Assembly: GCF_000341395.1 (NCBI RefSeq)
Contig: NC_020304.1
Coordinates: 1,050,001-1,082,000 of the forward strand
DNA: 32,000 nt
From: Desulfocapsa sulfexigens DSM 10523
GTDB lineage: Bacteria; Desulfobacterota; Desulfobulbia; Desulfobulbales; Desulfocapsaceae
Direction of reading: 5' to 3'
Below the pieces are notes generated by a model, which was not told the DNA's origin, made no database searches, and worked only from the letters and a program-made list of their open reading frames with translations. Both the position numbers and the translations under genes were made by a program. Positions 7,850-15,375 of the stretch are shown here, piece after piece. Numbering within the stretch: position 1 is the first letter of the stretch; each line of letters begins with the position of its first letter.

Positions 7850-9059
7850 CTGCTGATTTCCTTCCCCAGGCCATATAGACCGGGTCACTGTGTGATATTT
7901 CCCAATGCGGGTCATCTTCTGGTCTTGGCAGGCCGCGTCTGCTTGAGGCAGAAAGATCCTGAAAGCCTCCAGTCCGATGGAACATCTCCAAAACCATGCC
8001 CAGTCGCTCAAATTCATGCAGTTGCCCCCAGATGCTGACTGCCTTTGAGGGAAACCAGCGATTGGAAAAGGCAATAGCCAGCACACCACCAGGAACCAGG
8101 ACACGCTGCAGTTCCTTAAAAACAGCCAGTGGGTCGATAAGATACTCCACCGAAGCCGTACAGATAATAGCATCAAAACTGTTCTCGTCAAAGGGTAGAG
8201 CCGAATTCTTGTTAAGATCTCTCACCATCCTCTCACCTGCCCTTGAGTTTGCTGCCAGTTCCTCCTTATTCATTCCAAGGACAGTCAGCTGCCGGACTGC
8301 AAGCTCATCGGGGAGATGGGAATCCCAGCTTCCCATAAGATCCAGGATCCTTGATTCCGGGGCAAGAATATGACCATATTCCGTACCTATGTGGTTGCGT
8401 GCCGTTGAGTCGAGATGCTGAACCATCCGGGGCTCCTGATAAAAATCACCGTCAGCTGACTCGTCGCCGCGTTCCAGGGATTTTGGAGAGAAAAATGCTG
8501 TCTCCTGTCCCTTATACCTGCTCTGCATTCCCGGCCCGTCTGCTGCAGCTCTTTCCAGCCAGTCTTCGCAGCGACCGCCCCGTTCTGTTTTGCTTGTATC
8601 TATCTGAATCACCTCTGCATGTACCGTCAGATCATGTCCGGCCAGAGGATGATTCAAATCAAAAAGGAACTTCCCCTCCTCCATTCCGACATAACGGGCA
8701 GGGGCAATGGAAACCTGAAACACACCACTTTGGCCATGGAGATACCCCTGGGGGTAAAATTGCCCCATCCTCGGCTCCAGGGGTTTATGTGCTTTATTGG
8801 GAGCTGCAAACTGTCGGGGGGTAACCCTTACAAGCTTGTTTTTCTGATAAGGTAAAAGGGAAACACTGGCCGGCACGGTCACTGACACCCTCTCCCCTTC
8901 TTTTTTACCAGTAAGCGCTGCGGCCAGCTCGGGTTCAAACCAGTCACGCCACATGCTCACTGGATCAGCCCACAGACTGTCGCGGAACTGCACCCCTCCT
9001 GCAGACCACTCAAGAGTAAATTCAACTATCGCCTTACTGTCTTTTTCCAGGGTTTTCAT
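7839..9059 (-). CDS. Fusion protein: SlyD/FKBP-like domain plus class I SAM-dependent methyltransferase
   Basis: The N-terminal half contains FDLNHPLAGHDLTVHAEVIQI (FKBP/SlyD signature). The C-terminal half contains ILDLMGSWDSHLP ... FDAIICTASVEYL ... LVPGGVLAIAF (methyltransferase motifs I to post-II). GAGGGGG Shine-Dalgarno upstream of the ATG at 9059. Confidence 0.75.
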   Translation of the reverse strand: MKTLEKDSKAIVEFTLEWSAGGVQFRDSLWADPVSMWRDWFEPELAAALTGKKEGERVSVTVPASVSLLPYQKNKLVRVTPRQFAAPNKAHKPLEPRMGQFYPQGYLHGQSGVFQVSIAPARYVGMEEGKFLFDLNHPLAGHDLTVHAEVIQIDTSKTERGGRCEDWLERAAADGPGMQSRYKGQETAFFSPKSLERGDESADGDFYQEPRMVQHLDSTARNHIGTEYGHILAPESRILDLMGSWDSHLPDELAVRQLTVLGMNKEELAANSRAGERMVRDLNKNSALPFDENSFDAIICTASVEYLIDPLAVFKELQRVLVPGGVLAIAFSNRWFPSKAVSIWGQLHEFERLGMVLEMFHRTGGFQDLSASSRRGLPRPEDDPHWEISHSDPVYMAWGRKSADGK

Positions 9060-9079
9060 CGTATTCCCCCTCTCTGTGT

Positions 9080-9101
9080 TTGTTCAGTTTCTGTTGATCT
9101 T
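9080..9101 (-). promoter_or_regulatory. Two tandem 11-bp direct repeats (AAGATCAACAG AAACTGAACAA on the minus strand); candidate CarH-type operator
   Basis: Both units fit nAnnTnnACAn and are in exact 11-bp register. They lie 21-42 nt upstream of the ATG at 9059. Confidence 0.4.
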
Positions 9102-9174
9102 TCCCAGAGATCTTCCTCTTACAACCCTCTTTCTCAAGGGCAACATGAACAGAACATAGACACAATCCCGGAGG

Positions 9175-9207
9175 AGTCAATACAAAAGTTAGACAAAACA
9201 TTGACAA
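9175..9207 (+). promoter_or_regulatory. Tandem 11-bp direct repeats overlapping a TTGACA -35 hexamer; candidate CarH-type operator and promoter of the SDR gene
   Basis: AGTCAATACAA (degenerate), AAGTTAGACAA and AACATTGACAA have ACA triplets at 9182, 9193 and 9204, an 11-bp period. TTGACA is at 9201-9206. A possible weak -10 TACTTT is at 9223-9228. Confidence 0.4.
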
Positions 9208-9276
9208 TACTCCGTGAGTCCCTACTTTTGTATCAGGAAAAGCTAAAAAACAACACCTACCCTCGGGAGAAATACC

Positions 9277-10173
9277 ATGAAAACACTGATCACAGGCGCA
9301 ACCGGTTTTGTCGGCCACCATCTGGCACAGAAGATACCCGAGGCCGTTGTTGCAGGCCGAAGCGTTGAGAAACTCAACAAACGGTTTGGGAAAAAGCGAG
9401 AAGCAAGGCAATGGGATGGATCAGCAATGCCAGATGCTACTCTGCTTGAAGGGATAGACACCGTCTATCATTTAGCGGGGGAATCAATCTTTCATGGCCG
9501 TTGGAATAAAGCAAAAAAAGAACGCATCCGTGCCAGTCGCGTTGACAATACCCGCAATCTGGTTGAAATGATCTCAAAGGCCGCAGACAGACCGAAAACC
9601 CTTATATGTTCCTCAGCTGTCGGCTATTATGGTTCTCGCGGAGATGAAAAACTGACCGAGCAAGCAACTCCTGGATCGGATTTTCTGGCTCGGGTATGCA
9701 TGGACTGGGAGAAAGAAGCACTGAAGGCGGAAGAGTATGGTGTGCGGGTGGTACTGATCCGTACGGGTGTTGTACTGGGGGCCGATGGCGGAGCTTTGGC
9801 ACAAATGCTCCAGCCTTTTAAAATGGGAGTGGGAGGACGCCTGGGCAGTGGACGCCAGTTTATGTCCTGGATCCATATTGACGATCTCATCGCTATTATG
9901 CTCTATGCAAAGGAAAACACATCTCTTCACGGAGCAATAAATGCGGTGGCGCCTAACCCTCTAAGCAACAGCGATTTTACCCGGGCTCTGGCAAGTGTTC
10001 TCCATCGTCCTGCCATTCTTCCCGCACCAGGGTTTGCCCTGAAACTTCTTTTGGGTGAATTTGCCAACGTGTTACTGGGTTCCCAGCGTGCCCTGCCGGA
10101 GGTCCTGCAACGGGCAGGATATACATACAACTATCCTGAAATCAAGACTGCCTTGAAGAACCTTCTACAGTAA
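9277..10173 (+). CDS. TIGR01777/YfcH-type NAD-dependent epimerase family protein (SDR39U1, with DUF1731 C-terminus)
   Basis: N-terminal ITGATGFVGHHL Rossmann motif. Length and C-terminal region are typical of the YfcH family. Confidence 0.85.
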   Translation: MKTLITGATGFVGHHLAQKIPEAVVAGRSVEKLNKRFGKKREARQWDGSAMPDATLLEGIDTVYHLAGESIFHGRWNKAKKERIRASRVDNTRNLVEMISKAADRPKTLICSSAVGYYGSRGDEKLTEQATPGSDFLARVCMDWEKEALKAEEYGVRVVLIRTGVVLGADGGALAQMLQPFKMGVGGRLGSGRQFMSWIHIDDLIAIMLYAKENTSLHGAINAVAPNPLSNSDFTRALASVLHRPAILPAPGFALKLLLGEFANVLLGSQRALPEVLQRAGYTYNYPEIKTALKNLLQ

Positions 10174-10210
10174 GTAGGGGAAGGTACTCTTGTTGCTTCT
10201 TCTTACCTTA

Positions 10211-11224
10211 CTACCACGACCAGTTCCCACTATTAATCCCCATGTAGACAACGGGAATGGTTAAGAGGAAACGACAGACAGTGATATACTTTTGTTTTGA
10301 GGCGAGCCTGTCAATAAATTCAAGCCCTGGAAGCCAGATCACTCCAAGCAGAAAATCAGCCGGAGCATCAGGGGCTTTGCCTAAAAAGAGGAAGGGAGAG
10401 ACAAACACAAACAGTATTGCCAGGCCACCAAGCACTGTTTTTATGAGAAAAAAGAGATAAAAAGTCTCTTCATCTCGGCTGAAATGCCCTGGTCTTGCCA
10501 GGGGGATTATCTGCATAAAAAAATATAACAGATCCCCTGTCCGGGTTCTTCTGTATATTGGTCCCAAAAACAGATGATTTTCCACCTGTCTGACAATCCG
10601 TGGTGACCCTTGAGCATCTGCCAGTAATTCCTTGACCCAGCTATTTGCAGGTTTTGTTTTTTTATTCTGTGTAGATCCGCTATCTCCACTCTCCTTTACA
10701 CCTTGTTCTTCCTGTACAGGAGCAAACTCACCCATGCCTGCATACCGTTCCAAAGCGCGCACGCCCAGAAAAAAACCACAGGCAAGAAGACCCAGCAGTC
10801 CAAAAATGATGAGTGTTATTCCACCCCTTGTCCTTCCCGGTTCAAGGCAGGATTCTCCAGGGTTTTCCGGATTAAAATATACCGTAACCTCCTTACCCAC
10901 GGTATACTTGGCAGAAACCTTTTCCGCCATACTTCTATAATTTTTAGAACCATCGCCGGAATACGTTACACTGCTATTTGTCACCATCCCCATGGGAGTT
11001 TTATATTCATAGCGTATCCCGGGATTGTAGTAGGTGTGCTCCCCACCCCTTGGCGAACTGGAGGTGTGCTTCGTTACAGTATTTGCAAGTATTATCCCAG
11101 GAACAGAAACCCACTGTGTAGACAGTTTGGAGTTTCTATCCATGACATATCCACCATAGATAAAACCGAGCGCGATGCATACAAAGATCCCGACCTTAAC
11201 TGTGAACTTCCAGTTCAAATTCAT
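10211..11224 (-). CDS. DUF3592-domain membrane protein with an extra C-terminal multi-TM region
   Basis: An N-terminal TM is followed by a beta-rich segment (YYNPGIRYEYKTP...YTVGKEVTVYFNPENPGES) typical of DUF3592, then a TM, a charged linker and three more hydrophobic helices. The ATG at 11224 has a GGAG Shine-Dalgarno. An alternative GTG lies at 11245. Confidence 0.65.
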   Translation of the reverse strand: MNLNWKFTVKVGIFVCIALGFIYGGYVMDRNSKLSTQWVSVPGIILANTVTKHTSSSPRGGEHTYYNPGIRYEYKTPMGMVTNSSVTYSGDGSKNYRSMAEKVSAKYTVGKEVTVYFNPENPGESCLEPGRTRGGITLIIFGLLGLLACGFFLGVRALERYAGMGEFAPVQEEQGVKESGDSGSTQNKKTKPANSWVKELLADAQGSPRIVRQVENHLFLGPIYRRTRTGDLLYFFMQIIPLARPGHFSRDEETFYLFFLIKTVLGGLAILFVFVSPFLFLGKAPDAPADFLLGVIWLPGLEFIDRLASKQKYITVCRFLLTIPVVYMGINSGNWSW

Positions 11225-11258
11225 AAATACACTCCGGACCTGCACAACACCGCTGGTT

Positions 11259-12950
11259 TTACAACTCTATTTCAACTAAATTTCCCGCTTGCAAATCAAA
11301 GGAATCCACCAGGGTGATGGTGGATGAACCGTGCTCCTGCTGTCGATAATTTATTTTGTAGGCCCCTGGGGCTAGTGCTATGGGACCAAAATTTCCTTTA
11401 AGGTAACTCCCATTGAGTCGAACAGCTTCTCCTTCTTTTCCTGCTCCATCAAGGGGTATAAATTCCACAAAATATGGTGGATCTATCCCCTCCGGCAAAA
11501 CAAAGGCCGCGCCGGTATTCATCGCAAATTCATTCATTTTTCCGGCTGTAATCTCAACCTCACCAAGAAAGGAATCTGTGGAACCGTGCTCCGAAAGGCG
11601 GTAAACAAGATGATACCTCCCTGCTGGAACCAGCTGTGGAGAAAACAGTTCACCAAACCTGGCCACCATCTTTCCCTTACCATCCGGGCTGATTTCCCTT
11701 AGATCCCAATATGATATTTTTTTCTGCATCCAATCGGCAGGCACCGGGTTGAATGCGGTAGCCACTTCTATGATATTCAAGGTGTCCGGCTCGATATTTA
11801 CAGGCGAGAGAATGGCATCCTCCGCATAATGCTGGCTCTGACGCCAGATAAGAGTGTATTCTCCTGCCGGCACAAGACAGGGGTCCAATCTATTGCTCTG
11901 GAAGACCTGTTCACCTGTTTCAGGGTCAAGAAGTTTCCAGTAATAGGGCTTTTTTACCCATGAAGGCACGTTGAGTTGCATTGAGGTTGTCAGTGGAACG
12001 ATACTTTCCTCTCCACTTTTCACAGTGACCACTTCCGCAAGCACCACCGAAGAGCTTCCATGCTCATGCTGCCTCCAGGCTATCTGATATTCACCTGCAG
12101 GTACGACAGTTGTATCAATCGAATTAAACTTCCCTCTGCTCTCACCCGTCTCAGGATCAACAAGTTCCCAGTAATAAGGTTTTTTCAGCCACGATGGAGT
12201 AGTAAAAGATACCCTGCCCGGCCTGTTGATTTTGATCCGAAGGGATGTTGAAGAGCTGGTTACCTGCTGTTTGATTTCTTTTACTTCAGGGGGTGGTTCC
12301 GGGATCGGAGCCGGAGTTTTCGTTACAACACTTTTCTGAACCGTGGAAAGTGTTTCGAGTAACTCTGCTGCATTGGTGACGGAAAAATAATGACCACCAC
12401 CCTCCATTGCCACACAGGCGAGCTGATCGGAGGCCTGTTGGCCAACGTCAAAACCAACCGTATGCATGACAAATTTAATTCCTGATTCTTTCAGCTCTCT
12501 TGTGACCTTACAGGGGTTCCCGCCACAGGTCTCTATACCGTCACTGACCAGCACAATTGTTGTTTCATCCTCCTGCACTTTCAACCGGGCAGCAACCCGT
12601 TGAATGCTTTCAGCTATGGGAGTCTTTCCCTTGGGTTTTATGGATTGAACAGCTCTGGTCGCCTGTTCCCTGTCAAGCTTGCCAAGTGGAATAAGTTCTG
12701 CGATATCTGAACAGTCCCCCTTTCTTCGGTGGCCGTAGACCGTAAGCCCTGAGTCTATCTCAGGGGGCATTTCAGCAATAAGCTGTGTCATCACCTTTTT
12801 GGCAGCGACAATCTTCATTTCACCATCCACCCGGCCCCACATTGAACCTGAGCCATCGAGAATGTAATATAACCCCGTCGCTTCGACTAGAGTATGAATG
12901 GAACAGAACAGAAACAGAAAAAACAGCAGGAACAATCTTTTTCGGCGCAT
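11259..12950 (-). CDS. Secreted von Willebrand factor A (vWA) domain protein with four C-terminal repeat modules
   Basis: Signal peptide MRRKRLFLLFFLFLFCSIHTLVEA. MIDAS motif DGSGSM. Four modules of about 77-81 aa share xxW-KKPYYW-L-DPETGE...VPAGxY-I-WRQ-EHGSS. AAGGAG Shine-Dalgarno. Confidence 0.85.
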   Translation of the reverse strand: MRRKRLFLLFFLFLFCSIHTLVEATGLYYILDGSGSMWGRVDGEMKIVAAKKVMTQLIAEMPPEIDSGLTVYGHRRKGDCSDIAELIPLGKLDREQATRAVQSIKPKGKTPIAESIQRVAARLKVQEDETTIVLVSDGIETCGGNPCKVTRELKESGIKFVMHTVGFDVGQQASDQLACVAMEGGGHYFSVTNAAELLETLSTVQKSVVTKTPAPIPEPPPEVKEIKQQVTSSSTSLRIKINRPGRVSFTTPSWLKKPYYWELVDPETGESRGKFNSIDTTVVPAGEYQIAWRQHEHGSSSVVLAEVVTVKSGEESIVPLTTSMQLNVPSWVKKPYYWKLLDPETGEQVFQSNRLDPCLVPAGEYTLIWRQSQHYAEDAILSPVNIEPDTLNIIEVATAFNPVPADWMQKKISYWDLREISPDGKGKMVARFGELFSPQLVPAGRYHLVYRLSEHGSTDSFLGEVEITAGKMNEFAMNTGAAFVLPEGIDPPYFVEFIPLDGAGKEGEAVRLNGSYLKGNFGPIALAPGAYKINYRQQEHGSSTITLVDSFDLQAGNLVEIEL

Positions 12951-13008
12951 TGATAGGGCTCCTTAAAGAGTATTTAAAAAAACCGGGAAGATAAAAAGGA
13001 CTGAGAGA

Positions 13009-13038
13009 AGTGTATCAAAAAGACAAAAAAGATGTCAA
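13009..13038 (-). promoter_or_regulatory. Sigma-70-like promoter candidate for the vWA operon
   Basis: The minus strand reads TTGACA (13038-13033), an 18-nt spacer, then TACACT (13014-13009). Confidence 0.35.
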
Positions 13039-13126
13039 ATTTCTTTTAAAAAAAAGAAGTTATACAAGAAACAGACAAAGGAGAGTTCACTGTAAAGCGG
13101 AACTAAAGGCTACGGGTGCTACTTAG

Positions 13127-13164
13127 AAAGCCGAGCTACAGGGAGGAAGAAGTAGCCCGGCTTT
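13127..13164 (-). terminator. Hairpin downstream of the mini-gene (possible terminator)
   Basis: AAAGCCGAGCTAC (13127-13139) pairs with GTAGCCCGGCTTT (13152-13164), with one mismatch and a 12-nt loop. The U-run is short. Confidence 0.35.
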
Positions 13165-13228
13165 AGTATCATCCGGGTGATGATTATAAGAAATGTATTT
13201 CATAAAACGTTCGTGGCTTTATAAAATA

Positions 13229-13402
13229 TCAGGATTGGGGAACAACACCACCCATTCCTACACACTCGATGCAGTACTCTTCCATCGTTTCAGGACTGTG
13301 ACAATCCTCACAAAAATTCTTATTGCACCCGATACAGACAGTGAGTTTATCCTTATCTGTTACTTTTCCACATACTTCACATTTCGCTGTTTCTTTACTC
13401 AT
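13229..13402 (-). CDS. 57-aa cysteine-rich (four CxxC) zinc-ribbon-like mini-protein, not in the supplied ORF track
   Basis: Reverse-complement translation: MSKETAKCEVCGKVTDKDKLTVCIGCNKNFCEDCHSPETMEEYCIECVGMGGVVPQS. An AAGAGG Shine-Dalgarno lies 7 nt upstream of the ATG at 13402. Stop TGA at 13231-13229. Confidence 0.6.
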   Translation of the reverse strand: MSKETAKCEVCGKVTDKDKLTVCIGCNKNFCEDCHSPETMEEYCIECVGMGGVVPQS

Positions 13403-13446
13403 TTATTACCTCTTGGTTTTAAATTGGCCATTAGCGACACGCTTTC

Positions 13447-13474
13447 GTTATAAATGCTCATTACAAAATATCAA
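13447..13474 (-). promoter_or_regulatory. Sigma-70-like promoter candidate for the mini-gene
   Basis: The minus strand reads TTGATA (13474-13469), a 16-nt spacer, then TATAAC (13452-13447). The palindrome AAATATCAATATTT (13466-13479) overlaps the -35. Confidence 0.35.
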
Positions 13475-13501
13475 TATTTCAACTCCCTCACACTGGAAGT
13501 A

Positions 13502-13516
13502 TATTGATAATCAATA
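13502..13516. promoter_or_regulatory. Perfect 7-1-7 palindrome TATTGATAATCAATA (Fur-box-like core TGATAATCA)
   Basis: Seen directly, about 100 nt upstream of the mini-gene ATG. The context is AT-rich, which weakens its significance. Confidence 0.25.
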
Positions 13517-13681
13517 CTATATACTGAATATGAGAATTCGCAAATGGAAAAATGTGTACTGGTCTCGTTTATTTCATTGATGCAACAGAACAGCACACAC
13601 GCGACCAGGCCATTCAACTGTCTATTCAACACATTACACTAGAAACAACTGTAATACATCAGGCCCGGCAGCACGAACATT

Positions 13682-15259
13682 TCAGTCAAGCAAATAATAG
13701 CCCCTGGCAAGTTCTGTAAATTCTCTCACCTGCAGTTCCTGCCACTCCTTATCCCTTCCCAGCTCCTTTGCCAGGATCTTTGCCACTGCAGGAGCCATTT
13801 CGATGGCAGCCCTGGCGTCAAGGAACAACGCTCTCTGCCTTCGGGCAAGTATATCTTCAACCGTTCGAGCCATTTCATAGCGTGCCGACCAGATGACCTC
13901 AATGGGAGTATAGGGCAGTCCAGGGTGCAGCTGTTCACCCAGTTCGGGATGATCCATGACAAGGTCACGCATATAATCGGCATCTGAACCATAATAGTAG
14001 AGAGGATCATGATAGTCCACATTTGCCAGCCATCCGTGGATAGGCATATCCTCCGTCCTACATTTCTGCTGTTTCAACCCACCCACCAATGCCGCCTTAT
14101 CCACTGTATCCTCAGCCATTTTACGATAGGTGGTCCACTTGCCTCCTGTTATGGTAACCAGTCCAGACAGGGATACCCGCAAATGATGACTGCGGGATAT
14201 CTCCTTGGTACTACTGCCGTCACTGCCCTCTTCGGGAGCGGCAAGAGGCCTGAGACCTGCAAAGATGGAAAGAATATCCTTACGCTGCGGTTCACGGGTC
14301 AGATATTTCTTTGCCGTGGAAAGGATGAATTCAATTTCTTCTTCCAATGCACGAGGTTCCAGTGAACACTCATCGAGTGGGGTATCGGTGGTACCAACCA
14401 CAACCCGATCATGCCACGGCACGGCAAAAAGTACACGCCCATCGGATGTCTTGGGTATCATGATGGCGGATTCACCCTTCAGAAACTGTTTATCCAGAAT
14501 GATATGTACCCCCTGACTGGGTCTTACAAGTGGCAGCGCATCCGGATCATCCATCTTCATGATCTCATCAACAAAAACCCCCGTGGCATTCACCACGCTT
14601 TTTGAAAGCAGGCTATAGGTCTCACCACTTTCCAGATCCACGGCCTCAACTCCTGAAATAATTCCGTCACCACTTTTCGTGAGCCCGGATACACGCATAT
14701 AATTCAGCAGTACTCCACCGTGCTCAGCACAGGTCTGAGCAATATTGATCGCCAGGCGGGAATCATCAAACTGGCCATCATAATAGATAACACCGCCTCG
14801 AAGCCCTTCGGTTTTAAGGTTGGGAATAGCACGCAGCACCTCATCGGAAGAGAGTGACTGAGATGGGCCGAGACCTAATTTCCCGGCCATCATATCGTAG
14901 ACCTTCATCCCAACCGTATAAAAAGGCCCATCCCACCAGTCGTAATTGGGAATAATAAAAGATTGGTTCTTCACCAGATGAGGAGCATTGTGACGCATAA
15001 GTCCCCGTTCGTGAAGGGCTTCAAGGACCAGAGAGACATCGCCCTGGGCAAGATAACGGACACCTCCGTGAACCAGCTTGGTGGAACGGCTTGAGGTCCC
15101 TTTGCTAAAGTCATCCTGTTCCAGAAGGAGTGTGTGGTAACCACGTGATGCTGCATCAAGGGCCGTTCCCAGACCGGTAGCACCTCCGCCGATAACAATA
15201 ATATCCCAGGGTTTGCTGCCCTGTTTCCTGATATTCACAAGCATGCGTTCGCGCTTCAT
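13682..15259 (-). CDS. glpD: FAD-dependent glycerol-3-phosphate dehydrogenase
   Basis: DIIVIGGGATGLGTALDAASRGY...KGTSSRSTKLVHGGVRYL is the GlpD N-terminal signature. The protein has the full length, including the helical C-terminal domain. Confidence 0.9.
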   Translation of the reverse strand: MKRERMLVNIRKQGSKPWDIIVIGGGATGLGTALDAASRGYHTLLLEQDDFSKGTSSRSTKLVHGGVRYLAQGDVSLVLEALHERGLMRHNAPHLVKNQSFIIPNYDWWDGPFYTVGMKVYDMMAGKLGLGPSQSLSSDEVLRAIPNLKTEGLRGGVIYYDGQFDDSRLAINIAQTCAEHGGVLLNYMRVSGLTKSGDGIISGVEAVDLESGETYSLLSKSVVNATGVFVDEIMKMDDPDALPLVRPSQGVHIILDKQFLKGESAIMIPKTSDGRVLFAVPWHDRVVVGTTDTPLDECSLEPRALEEEIEFILSTAKKYLTREPQRKDILSIFAGLRPLAAPEEGSDGSSTKEISRSHHLRVSLSGLVTITGGKWTTYRKMAEDTVDKAALVGGLKQQKCRTEDMPIHGWLANVDYHDPLYYYGSDADYMRDLVMDHPELGEQLHPGLPYTPIEVIWSARYEMARTVEDILARRQRALFLDARAAIEMAPAVAKILAKELGRDKEWQELQVREFTELARGYYLLD

Positions 15260-15375
15260 GAAGTTCTCCCTTCAGTGAAGAAGTAAAGTGGTTGTAACAG
15301 ATCTCCCAAAAGATCTACCAAAAAAGCGGAATGAAAGTCGACCCAATCCGCCCCCTTCTTTAATCGGTACACCAG

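Noticed and set aside
7850-8191. N-terminal extension of the listed 430-aa ORF 6899-8191
   Set aside because: This part overlaps the 3' half of the methyltransferase gene in another frame and has no recognisable motifs. The MerR helix-turn-helix begins right at the internal ATG at 7849, which is taken as the real start.
9180-9233. 10-bp inverted repeat ATACAAAAGT ... ACTTTTGTAT flanking the plus-strand 11-bp repeats
   Set aside because: It could form a hairpin but has a 34-nt loop and no U-run. It is more likely a by-product of the operator and promoter sequence, so it is not called as a separate element.
13193-13580. Two plus-strand ORFs (86 and 85 aa) in the AT-rich spacer
   Set aside because: Their translations are low-complexity and they have no Shine-Dalgarno. 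They run antisense to, or overlap, the better-supported minus-strand mini-gene and its promoter.
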